DNA of 63,842 nt, filler included, from Folioceros fuciformis (lineage: Eukaryota): NCBI GenBank assembly GCA_049999805.1. It is 10 parts of 10 records of this genome, joined end to end, with 100 filler letters (N's around TTAATTAATTAA, not from the genome) between each part and the next. Parts side by side here need not be neighbours in the genome. Positions count along the whole stretch, not along the records: positions 28,207 to 38,652 come from JBNGIO010001357.1; positions 38,753 to 46,027 come from JBNGIO010001358.1; 8 more parts are not named here. The stretch is one strand, 5' to 3'. The notes under the pieces were generated by a model that ran no database searches, was not told where the DNA came from, and saw nothing but the letters and a program-made list of their open reading frames with translations. Made by a program: the position numbers and the translations under genes. Shown one piece after another: positions 33,810 through 44,872 of the stretch (position 1 is the stretch's first letter; every line of letters begins with the position of its first letter).

Positions 33810-36800
33810 ATGGGGAGGGTGGGCTCCTGCAGCTCAGGGGGGCACCGTTTTCTGTCGACCATACAATTGGGTGTGAGAGTGGGCAACATGAGAACATGTG
33901 AGCTGTGGCTTACAGAGCTCTGGAATCGACAGTGGCTGGGAATCTGTCACAGGTCATCGTGGGTGGATGCTCTTGATATGCCGATGAGTGGTCGTGGTCT
34001 GATGTGTAACCAGAGTTTGCAGGATGATCGTGATGCTAGCAGGGGATTAATGTACCGAACTGCCGTGACGGTTGAGACCATGAGGCATCTATGTGAGCAG
34101 GGTTGGCTTGATGAGGCTGTTGAGGCTTTGGGAGTTCTGGTGCAGACTTGCTGTCGTGTTTCTCAGCCTCAGTTCTATGTTGTGCTCAAGGAATGTGGGG
34201 CTCATACGGATCTGTCTCTGGGTCGCCGTGTACATGCTCTAATGGTCAAAAAGGGGTATGAGTTGGACACGGTCTTGTGCAACCACGTTCTGCGGATGTA
34301 TGCCTCTCATGCCAGTTTACACGAGGCGATGGCTGTGTTCAGGTTGGTGGTTAAGCCAGATGCCTTCACGTGGTCTGCTATCATTTCTGCACATGTGAAG
34401 TGCGGACATGATAAGGAAGCTGTGCAACTGTATCATGAGATGCGCAGGGCAGGTGTGAAGCCCGATGGCCACGTGTTTGTGGCAGCTCTTCAGGCTTGTG
34501 CAAAGGGAGCAGATTTGAAGAGTGGGCAGCTGGTGTATGCTGACGTATTGGCCTGTGGTGTGGAGCCTCATTTGTTTGTGTGGAATGCTTTGGTGGACAT
34601 GTATGCCAAGTGTGGCAGCTTGGAAGACGCTCGAACGGTGTTTGACGGACTCGGTCGGAAAGATGTGGTAACGTGGAATGCCATGATAGCAGGGTATACT
34701 CAGCAGGCTATGGTGCAGGAAGCCCTTCGTCTTTTTTATTGCATGGAAGTGGAAGGAATGGCTGCACCCAATTCTGTGACATTTGTGTGCCTCCTTCAAG
34801 CGTGTGCGACTATAGGTAATCAGGCGTTGGCAAAGGGAAAGCAGCTTCATTCTCAGATTGGAGAGCGCAGACTTGAGGTTGACGTTTTTCTAGGGTGCAG
34901 CCTGGTCAACATGTATGCAAAATGTGGCAGCCTAGACGATGCTAAGGCTGCCTTTCACAGACTTGGCCAAAAGAATGTGGCAACATGGAATGCCATGATA
35001 GGAGGCTATTCTCAGCAGGGAATGGGCCGGGAGGCTCTTGGTCTCTTCAAAGTTATGCAAGAAGACGGTACCGTTGCACCCAATTCCGTGACATTTCTCT
35101 GTCTCCTACAGGTGTGTGCAAATTTAGGAATTCTGGCTTTGGAGAAGGGGAGGGCTCTTCATGCACAAATCAGGGAGCAAAGACTACAAGCCAATGTGTC
35201 GATAGCTAACAGTTTGGTTAACATGTATGCTAAGTGTGGCAGCTTGGACGATGCTCAGAGAGTGTTTGACAGTCTTAGCCAAAAGAGTGTTGTAACGTGG
35301 ACCGCTCTGATAGCAGGATATTCCCAGCAAGGCTTGGGTCAGGAAGCCCTTCGTCTTTACACTGCTATGCAAGAAGGAGAGGGTCTTGCTGTGCCTGACG
35401 CTGTAACATTTGTGTCTCTCCTGCAGGCATGTTCCAGTGTGGGTGCCGCGGCCTTGCAGAAAGGCAAAGAGCTTCATACACAGATTGAGGAACAACAACT
35501 TTATGTTGATGACGTCATGGGTTGCAGTTTGGTGAACATGTACTTGAAGTGTGGCAGCCTAAAGGATGCTCAAAACGTGTTTGACGGGCTTGCTCAAAAA
35601 AATGTAGCGACCTGGACCAGCCTGATGGCAGGGTATGCGAAGTGTGGCAACTTGGAGGATGCTGAACGAATGTTTTGTGGCCTTCCTCAAAAAGACTTGG
35701 TGGTGTGGAATGCCATGATTGCAGCATATTGTCAGCAGGGCATGGGTCAGGAGGCGCTTAACCTTCATGGAGCTATGCAACAAGAAGGCACTGATGGACC
35801 GGATTCCACGACATTTGTGTGCCTCCTCCAGGCTTGTGCAAGTTTGGGGCCCCCAGCTTTGGAGACGGGGAAACAAATTCATGCACAGATTGCAGAACGA
35901 GGGCTTCAAGCTGACGTGTTTGTAGGTAGCGGTTTGGTGAACATGTATGTCGATTGCGGCAGCCTCGAGGATGCACACGGTGTGTTTGACGGCTTTTGCG
36001 AGAAAAATGTGGTGATGTGGAGTGCCATGATTGCAGGATACTCCCATCAGGGTATGGGTCTTGAAGCCCTGCATCTATACAGGGCTATGCTAACAGAAGG
36101 CATCGTTGTGCCCAATTCTGTGATATTTATTTGCCTCCTGCAGGCATGTGCAAATGTAGCTGCTTTGAATCTGGGAAGGCAGCTGCACGTAGACATTGTA
36201 GAAAAAGGTGTTCAAAGTCATACTGCTGTAGCCTGCAGTTTGATAAACATGTACGGGAAATGTGGGAGTATGGGTGATGCACAGGAAGTGTTTGAGGCAT
36301 TGCCTGCAAGAGATACGGTCACGTGGAATGCGCTGATTGCAGGCTACAGCCGTCAAGGAGAGAGCGAAGCGGTTTTTGGCTTGTTCCACAAAATGAGAGA
36401 GGTCGGCTTACAGCCAGCCAGCATCACGTTCCTTAGCCTGCTGATAGTTTGCAGTCATGCAGGTCTAGTGAGCAGGGGGCTACAGTACTTCGAGGCCATG
36501 ACAAAATACTACAGCATCGCTCCCACCGTCGAGCACTACACATGCTTGGTGGACCTTCTGGGCCGTGCAGGTAGGCTGGATGAAGCACTGGATGTGGTAA
36601 GTAAAATGACTGTACTGCCCGATGCTGCGCTTTGGCAGGCACTGCTGGGTGCTTGTCAAAAGTGGAGCAACGTGGAGATTGGATGCCAGGCTTTCAATGA
36701 AGCAGTAAGGCTTGACAGCATAGATGCCTCTGCATATGTACTCATGTGCAACATATACTCAGGTGCCCACATGTGGGAGCAAGCACAACTTATGCACGCA

Positions 36801-36914
36801 AGGAGAACAGTAATCGGGGCTTGGAAGCAACCAGGTCAGACCTGGTGGACTGACATGGAAGGACTTGTGCATAGTTTTCTGGTTCGACGGGAAGCATGCA
36901 AATTCATGAAATAG
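33810..36914 (+). CDS. PLS-class PPR protein (about 24 P/L/S repeats including one SS, plus E1-E2 and a truncated WW-type PG-box), putative organellar RNA-editing factor; the true start may be a downstream ATG
   Basis: Intronless 1034-aa ORF with repeated MYAKCGSL.DA..VF / TWNAMI.GY.QQG / TFV.LLQAC, then ACSHAG-like L2, HYTCLVDLLGRAG S2, WQALLGAC E1, AYVLMCNIY E2 and KQPGQTWWTDMEGLVHSFLV. Confidence 0.95.
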   Translation: MGRVGSCSSGGHRFLSTIQLGVRVGNMRTCELWLTELWNRQWLGICHRSSWVDALDMPMSGRGLMCNQSLQDDRDASRGLMYRTAVTVETMRHLCEQGWLDEAVEALGVLVQTCCRVSQPQFYVVLKECGAHTDLSLGRRVHALMVKKGYELDTVLCNHVLRMYASHASLHEAMAVFRLVVKPDAFTWSAIISAHVKCGHDKEAVQLYHEMRRAGVKPDGHVFVAALQACAKGADLKSGQLVYADVLACGVEPHLFVWNALVDMYAKCGSLEDARTVFDGLGRKDVVTWNAMIAGYTQQAMVQEALRLFYCMEVEGMAAPNSVTFVCLLQACATIGNQALAKGKQLHSQIGERRLEVDVFLGCSLVNMYAKCGSLDDAKAAFHRLGQKNVATWNAMIGGYSQQGMGREALGLFKVMQEDGTVAPNSVTFLCLLQVCANLGILALEKGRALHAQIREQRLQANVSIANSLVNMYAKCGSLDDAQRVFDSLSQKSVVTWTALIAGYSQQGLGQEALRLYTAMQEGEGLAVPDAVTFVSLLQACSSVGAAALQKGKELHTQIEEQQLYVDDVMGCSLVNMYLKCGSLKDAQNVFDGLAQKNVATWTSLMAGYAKCGNLEDAERMFCGLPQKDLVVWNAMIAAYCQQGMGQEALNLHGAMQQEGTDGPDSTTFVCLLQACASLGPPALETGKQIHAQIAERGLQADVFVGSGLVNMYVDCGSLEDAHGVFDGFCEKNVVMWSAMIAGYSHQGMGLEALHLYRAMLTEGIVVPNSVIFICLLQACANVAALNLGRQLHVDIVEKGVQSHTAVACSLINMYGKCGSMGDAQEVFEALPARDTVTWNALIAGYSRQGESEAVFGLFHKMREVGLQPASITFLSLLIVCSHAGLVSRGLQYFEAMTKYYSIAPTVEHYTCLVDLLGRAGRLDEALDVVSKMTVLPDAALWQALLGACQKWSNVEIGCQAFNEAVRLDSIDASAYVLMCNIYSGAHMWEQAQLMHARRTVIGAWKQPGQTWWTDMEGLVHSFLVRREACKFMK

Positions 36915-37153
36915 TCCAGCAAGCTGGGAGATCGCATGGCTTCGTGAAGTAAAACGGGAGCTCGAAAAAGCCGTCTTCCGGGCCTGAAACCTGTTCTATA
37001 GCTTCCAACAACGCTAACCCGGATATAGGTCTGCTACAAAAAAACTTCGACACCGCAATGAATATTAAGCTGCGGGTAGATGGGTGTGCGTTCAAAGACC
37101 TCACTTGTGGGATGACATCGCAGCGCTCACCGTACGAAATGAGTAATGATCAA

Positions 37154-38652
37154 TCACGAATCATCAGGAAGTAAATACTCTGCAATGTGAGATCTGCACA
37201 CCACCCGAATCATATCAGAGCATGCTCCATCACACCATATCAAAGCAATCGAAACACAATGTGTGGGTACCTCATCCAGCTTCGGCGTGCAGGCAACAAG
37301 CGGTCCTGCTGCTTGAGAACTGGTGGAAGCAGATTAAACGTGGTGATGGGATCATCTTTCGGGAGCAGCTGGAATTGACAACTTGGGCAACATCTGCTCC
37401 TGAATTCAAGAGAAGTAACCAAGCATAGACCTTCAAGATTGGGCTCCCTGAAACACTCTTGCATTTCAGAATCCTCTGACATTACAGCGACTCTACCGCC
37501 TGGGGAATCTCTGCAATCGAGAGGGGCAGAGCACAGTGGGCAAAGAACAGTACTCCCTAAAACTTCATTACCCATCGTCTCCTGGCGAAGAGGTTGCCGC
37601 TTTCTACCATTTTGATTCGAAGAATCGCTACACAGCCTATTAAAAGAAAATGGTTTCAGCTTGGTTGCAGTCCGAACAATGGTGCGCTCCCTTGCAGGAT
37701 TGTCCATCTGCAACCAATGAGGACAATTCAGAAAACCCTAGCAGCGTAAGAGGCATCGGCATATCACAATCCCGTGCATTTCCCCACGGACGAGGATCGA
37801 GACGGTAAACCCCTGTGCAGTCATTCACGAGACAAGCGGGGCATGTCATCTCACCTGAAGCATGGTGACAAAGGAGTGAGCCAAGCTGTTAAGGCTCTTC
37901 CTGTCCGTAAGTGTTGACAGCTTCCGAATAAAAACAGTTTTCAATCTGCAAAATTCCAACCACCTCCACTACATTGCTCAATAATCCCAAACCAGTATCA
38001 ATCAATCTGAGAGACACAACAGTAGTCAACAATCTGAGAAGGTGGTGGCACAAGTAGGGACATGACATGCAAGCCTACGAAGAGATCCCTTCCCCAGCCA
38101 AGACGTCACATACTTGGCTAGGTGACAGTAGAGGGCGAGCTCCCGAGAAACACAATCGCGCAGCGGCAGAACAAAAGGAACTTGAAACCTGGCATCAGCA
38201 TACTGGATATCCGCAGGCAACGAGAACCCTCGACCCTGCAGCAATAGAACCCTCAATGTAACCTGGGTGGAGCAGTACAAACGTTTTGCAATTCCGCAGG
38301 ACCGTACCAAGCACACACCTTGGAGGTCGAGGCAATCACGTGCGCTGCAATTCTGGATGTGCACAACCCCAACAATATCTTCGAGTAACCGAGTGTGTGC
38401 GCTATCTGTATCAGCCATACCAAAGCCGCAGACAGCTACTAAGTCCTCTTCCCCCTTGGTACGCTCGAGGGCTCTAAATGCAGCAAATGCGGATACCTTC
38501 TGCAAAACCAGGACCCGAAGGTGGTCCAGTAAATCCTCCCTCGCAGTGACATCCTCTACACTCGCCAGCAACGCAGACAGCATTGGGTCCGAGCTCCCGA
38601 CTTCCCCACCACAAACTCCCACCCTGTTGCACCCCTCCGTCCCTTCCATCAC
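37154..38652 (-). CDS. CTU2: Cytoplasmic tRNA 2-thiolation protein 2, multi-exon, 5' part lost in the gap
   Basis: REDLLDHLRVLVLQK, GRGFSLPADIQYADARFQVPFVLPLRDC, DNPARERTIVRTATKL, LCPLCSAPL and CCPSCQFQLLP. The last exon is SHIAEYLLPDDS* (stop at 37154-37156). Confidence 0.85.
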
Positions 38653-39123
38653 NNNNNNNNNNNNNNNNNNNNNNNNNNNNNNNNNNNNNNNNNNNNTTAA
38701 TTAATTAANNNNNNNNNNNNNNNNNNNNNNNNNNNNNNNNNNNNNNNNNNNNACATGTGTGGGCTTTTGTTGGGAGCGGCTGCCGTGCCTAACCTACATT
38801 AAGTCCTGCCCTACCGCCATTAGTAGTCCATCCCATCTATTCGCGTTTGGGAAGCATATCCTATCCTGCAAACACCCATAAAAGCTTATGCACCACTCTT
38901 GTTGCAAGTGAGTGGATGAAGCTCGTGAGAAAGGGAGGCATAGAGGAGCTGCGCATGGGCTAGTGGTGTGGTAAGCCATATGTGCAGCCATAATTCACAG
39001 CGGGGCGCAGTCCTTACGAGAGAAAAGAGAGGATTTCTGGACGCAGTTTACTTCCAGCACCCGTGGAAGATGCGAAGGCCCAGATGGAGCGGGGCAGGGT
39101 TAGCTAAATGGATGAACGGTGAG

Positions 39124-41760
39124 TCAAAATTCTACGGAGCTTACCAACTTCAAACAGCTTTCCTCACCAGCCCATAGTAAGGAATCAACATAGACAACAG
39201 GCCTCTCATGGAAATCTTGAGAAAAAGGAAGCCTTTCGAAGTACTTTCCGAACGGGTCAGTCGTTATGGAAGTCCGGGGGGGTGCAATTGTTGTGGCATG
39301 GACTAGGCAAGCTTCAGAGGTGTATAAAAGGCTCAAGGGTTTTCTGCCGATAATACCGTAGTGCTCTAGTTCAGCCCTCACCGTTGAGGTGGTCGACCAT
39401 GGTGTTGTTGTGAAAGAGAGTTGAATGATATTACGCCACTCTACAATGTCCTTGACTCACTTAATCGAGGATCAATGTTTCTCGCTAAATAGGTCCGAGC
39501 ATGAACAGGCATGGAAACCGCAAAGCTTGCCAGCAAGTAATTTCCTCCCTAAGTGCTACAGCAAGCATCATTGCTCTCTGGGTTTTGTGAATCAAGATTT
39601 TCATAACAGATCGAATGTGTACAAAAATCTGATAAGTTCCATGCCTCTCTGACCAGTCTCAGATCTCCTTCACTTCGCCCATTGTAGCGATCCGGATCAC
39701 GCGTAAGCCAAGACTCAACTGTTTTCCAAGACCCTGATCAGGGCATCTTTAGGCAATTCCGGTTCACCAGTCTTGTCCTCTGTATGTGCACTCCACACGC
39801 CCACGCACCAGGGTCCTTCCCTGTGCAGCCTTGTAAGATGTGCCCTTGGTAGCAGACCTGTCCTCATCTGGCTCAGGAATTCCTTTGGATTTCCGCACTG
39901 GAGTAAAGGAGAATGGTCCTCTGTACTGGCTGTAGAGTTTTTCTCCCCCAAAAACCGAGTACGTATAGATAGTTTCTTGTGGTCCAGTACCTCGACAAGC
40001 TCCCTCAGTAACTTAAGGCTGGGAATGTCTGTATACATACGAGGAGCAAACTGCAGGCTCTCCAAACCTTCGACAGGTGGTACCCGACTGGTAGAACCAG
40101 CGGTACTTCACTGAACTTGACCATCTTCGTGGACCCAGGATCCCCAGTGCCTGATTCATGCTCCACACTCTGCACCAGGCTGTCTGAGGGTATAATGGGT
40201 ATGCATCGTCCAGCATCAAGATGACAGCGCCTTAGTATCATACCATCCACCTTGACCTCAAATATTTTCTCCATAGTGGACACCCATCTTTGCTGAACTC
40301 TTGAGGTGCGCAGCTGTTTTAGGCGAACATGCCAGCTTGCTTCTAACGCGGGAATGCCGACTGGTAAGCATTGAGATGCAATTGGGAACAAGGGCCCAGT
40401 CCTGGCATGGTCGGTAGCATTTCACAGATCTCGAAAGTCTCATCTAGGGTAGCGGGAATCACAATCTCCTCTGCAATTCATTATCCTCGTGTGAGAGGGG
40501 AGAATCGCCATGGGACCGGATTTGAAAGATGAGGGATGCCGCTTTAGAATCCGCACAGTTGATACATACAAAACTTGACCTAGCAGATTTCATGTCAAGT
40601 CTCCGCAGGTGCAAAGATATACCACAATTCAGAACGAAGTCACTGAACGTTGCTCAACCGTAACCCATGACAGGGATAACGGCGGCACAGTTCTCACAGA
40701 AAAGCAGTGAAGCTCGTGAGAATTTTATGTCTGCCTTGGAATGTATGTACACTGCATCCCCACAAATAAGGCCAAAGTCATGGGCTGACGAGGAAATTCT
40801 TCTGGCCATGAACGCCCTGGAAGCAACTCAATCGAGGTAGCCGTTGCGAAGTCTGTCGTTTGTGTTCGAAGGACAAGAACCCCCGCCATCGAAAACTGTC
40901 GCAACAGATTGACATTTATCAAAAGCATTCCTCAGGCACATTCCGATGTAGCACACCCTTGAGAGCGAGACATCTGTCGGAACTTCACAGCGGCCTTGTT
41001 CTATAAAAGCATGCTTGCCAGGAAAGAATCGGTCATGGAGAAGATTACCCAGTCAGTCATCGTGAAGAAAGCCCCACTGGAGAGACGAAACAAGAGCTGT
41101 CATGGCCCTCCATAGGAGACGCCATGGAACACAGCACAGCAGATTCGCCACCTCCGATCTGCTGAGAAACTCAGGATTGCAGGCCAGAACCTGGCAGATC
41201 TCAACCGACCATCCTGCTATCCGGCAAACGATTATGCCATTGAATCCCATGCCGAAACCGAGCCAGATTCCCGATCCTTGACATCACACGTCAGATCTAC
41301 ACGCCACAACAAAACCTTTACCCCCCGTCGCGACAAAGTAAACCTCCCGTACCCGGAACCCCATCCGCAGCCTCCTCCTGCCGACAACTTACGCAACCAG
41401 CATCAAGACAACGAGACAAGATTTCACCTGGAGACGGAGCTCCGGCTCCGAACACAGCGTAATCTGCCACTCATGCTCCTTCCCGCTGGCCATAAAGCCT
41501 AATCCTGGAACACGAAACCACAGCAATTGCCCGCGGAATTCCTCCACCTCCGGCGCAGCCTCGAGAACGTTAAGCTCCCTGGAAGCGCCAATCTTGTCCA
41601 AGAATCGCTGTTGCGTTTTAACAGACTCGTCATCGTAACAGAACCGAAGGCAAAACGCCCGGGGCCAACGCTCCTGTATCGCACTTAGTGGCCCCCACTT
41701 TAACGAAGGCGGAACGCAGACTTTCGCTCGTTATCGCCTGCAAATGCACAGACCTAGCTA
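39124..41760 (-). CDS. Probable unidentified multi-exon gene or pseudogene
   Basis: A series of short minus-strand protein-like ORF segments (e.g. ELEHYGIIGRKPLSLLYTSEACL, PSLKLLRELVEVLDHKKL) with intron-like spacing; no family recognised. Confidence 0.3.
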
Positions 41761-41979
41761 ATGTAGGTACGAACAAAAAATTACGTTGTTTGTCTATACG
41801 CTCGTAAAATCCTGGTTTGAGCATGCGAGGAGACCACCCATGCTCACAATTCCTCAGCGTCGTCCGACAATGCCTGACGAAGGCAAGCTTCCGCTGTGAA
41901 AACTGGGCTCGAGAGGGAATTGGAGTGTGGAATTTCGACAGGCTCGGCAGGCTCGACAGCACGCCTCTCTGGCAAGGGA

Positions 41980-43600
41980 GGATCGGCGCTGATCCCTCGT
42001 TCTCTCGGGAAGGACACGACCTGCCGCATGGACGGCCTCAGCTCCGACTCGTCCTGCAAGCACATCCTCACCAGGTCCACCAGGGTCGTGCCGGCCATGG
42101 AGCCTCCAGTCCACCATTCGGCCAGCCGTGGAGGGTTTGTCCAGGAATTCGGCTGCCCAGTGGGGTACCAGGTTGTCGTTAATGATGGCTTGCTGCCCGG
42201 AGATGATCTGCAGAACCACGATAGCGTAGCTGTACACGCCGCTCTTTGTGGAGACGAAGCCAGAGCGCATGTACTTGGGGTCCTGGTAACCTAAGGAGCC
42301 ATTGACGTCGGTCTGGATGGAATGGAAGGCGCTGGCGTTTTCTGGAGCCACTTGGGAGAGGCCGAAGTCTGCCAGCTTGGCGGAGTCTGTGGCTGTGAGG
42401 AGCATGTTGGCAGAGTTCACATCCCTGTGAGCGATTGGAGGGGTTACGTCGTGGTGCAGGTCCGAGAGCGCAGGCCACCTCGTAGCATATCTTCACTCTG
42501 GACCTCCATGATAGGATGTTCTTGTTTCCGGCCTCGGAACTTGGAATGCTGCTAGGATGGAGCCTGTCGTACAGGCTGCCGTTCGGAATGTATTAGAACG
42601 CCAGGATGTGCATTCCTGCAGGGGAAGCCTCGTGATTAGAGCTGCGCTCGTGAATGAAGATGGCAAGGGTTAGGGCTGAGTATCCTACCCTTTTCGAAGC
42701 ACACGCCAAGTAAGTTTACAAGGTTCCGGTGATGTAGTTGCTGCAGGACAGCCACTTCTGTGGTGAAGTGACTTGTTTGCCGCTTGTGACTTGCAAGTCA
42801 CTTGACAAGGATACAATCATTGTAGAGTTGCCAACGGCTATGAATGACAGCTTTTCGGTCGTCCATTTCCTGTATCCGGATGCTTGGAATGTTTTACTGA
42901 TCTTCACGAATGTTTGTGCGTTTGCAGTGACATACACTGGATAAGTAGTTTCATCCGTGCAGGGCTGGAAGGGCTCGATATCATCATCACGCCTGATATT
43001 AGCAGCCACGGATAACGTGAGAAGATACTCTGAGCCTTGTACAGTAGGAGTGGTCTGGTTGGTGGAGGCACTCTTGCTCATGAGCAGGCTGAAATTGCCC
43101 TCTGCTGTTTCCCAGTCTCTTGGAACTGAAGTTCGAAGGGACAGGAAAGAACTGTCACAGGGAGAAGAGTGAACGAAGAGGACAGGGATTCGGTACACAT
43201 TTGTAGCTAGCGGAGAAATAGAGGTCCTTGGCGATGGGCAGGAGCCCTTGCACCATGAACAGGTTCTCTTCATCCGACGTTTTCAGCCCCCTGCGAATCC
43301 TTCCCGTAGAATTGAAGAACCATTGCTGTTGAGGGGAGTCATCACGAGCAGCTATGCGAAGATTTTTGAGATACATTATACTCCTGGCTACCCCCAGGGA
43401 CGCCTCGAGGCACAAAATCTGGCCGGTACTGTCTTGCAGCTGCAGAGTTGTGTTGATGTATTCTCAAAGCTCGTTTTCATTAAATGAAAACGAGTATCCC
43501 ATCGTGTACTTGGTCGAGTTCTACATGGTTACGAGGCAAGGGCACTCCACTTCAAGAGAGACCATACCAATGAAGATACGACTCGTCCGCCGCATTGGAA
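41980..43600 (-). pseudogene. Receptor-like kinase pseudogene: ricin-B-like segment + DUF642/galactose-binding-like segment + RLK/Pelle kinase subdomains III-XI; TM and kinase I-II missing
   Basis: Kinase: HFTTEVAVLQQLHHRNLVNLLGVCFEK|intron|ILAF*YIPNGSLYD, LSWRSRVKI, HRDVNSANMLL, AKLADFGLS, GSLGYQDPKY, STKSGVYSY, MCLQDESELRPSMRQVV, with a stop and frameshifts. Upstream: EGNFSLLMSKSAST.Q..VQGSEYLLTLS..WTTEKLSFIA and CLEA..QQWFFNSTGRIR. Confidence 0.8.
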
Positions 43601-44872
43601 GGCTGTCCCTTTTATGAGTTAGGGCCATTAAAGACTTTATGACTTAATAATTAACAATTGAACTACTAAAACAGCACACCAATTGCCATGACAAGTAGCG
43701 CAACCGAGTCCTTACCCTGAACGTCGTTGTTCAGGAGATGAAAATCAGTCCTCCCCGACAAAGTACCTTATGCGAACAGAAATCAGATTTCAAAAATTCG
43801 CCCTGCAAATACATCAAGTTGGGGAGAAAACCTGCACTCTGAAAGATACAAGACACTAGAACAGCGCCAGCGGCCAATCAGCATGCGAAACCTTTGGCTA
43901 ATGCTCTAGCCGTTTCAAAACTATCCACGGTAATGTTATCCTGGCCAGAAACATGGGAAAGCGGGTAAATCCTGACCTCCAACAATCCACCGCAACCACC
44001 CCGAGGAAGTCATCGCATCCATTCCGTAGGAGGTTTTGTCGCAGGAGGTCGCAAAAGAATCTGTTCGGTCTCGATGCGATCTGCAGTAGACAGCTGCGGA
44101 AAAAAGAATTTCTCAGCTTAGGAGCAAGGTTGCTGTGAGGGTTAGAAAACGAAGACACGAGAAGAGAGCAAAGGACGGAAGGAAGCTCGGGCACCACATA
44201 CGGGGTCTCTGAGAGTCGGTTTGGAGTCGTCAGGCACTATCCGGAAGGCAGGCTTCTGGCAATCCTGCAACCATTGCCCGGTGCGATTGTCTGCCTGAGG
44301 CGGCGGCAATCGCCTGCCCGCAGCCTGCGATTCCATGCTTCGATTGTCGACACCGAGGCGGAGGGCCTTCTCCTGTCCACAAAAATCGCGGGTGCTGAAC
44401 GGAGGCAGAATCCAGAAGCCCGGCTCGGCTCGGCCTGGCTCGTCGTCAGTTGGCAGTGAAACGCGCGTTTACGAACCTTGTTGCCAATTCGGACGTCATC
44501 ATATTACGACGTGCTGGAATAACGGTATCCAGAATTGAGGAATGTTTGATAAATTTATCAAATCAAGATTTAAAAAATACAAATACTGTATGATACGACT
44601 CTGGTTCATTTATATGGATTAGGGTTCTCTACAAATTCCTTGAGATTCCCACAAGCGTGCAAAACAGTATTGCTGTGTGGTATGTGGAAGAGTGGAGGAA
44701 GCTGTTCTGGGTGGGTTCCATCACGGTCGTGGAAATAATTACCGAATGCGGAGTGCGAACTAGAGTCGTAGAGTAGGCTCCATGGCAGCTGGACTAATGG
44801 GAGGTAGAGGTAGTAATAGATGAGCTGTAAGGTAGTAGAGACGGTTTAGGGTTTAGGGTTTACAATCCTGAC

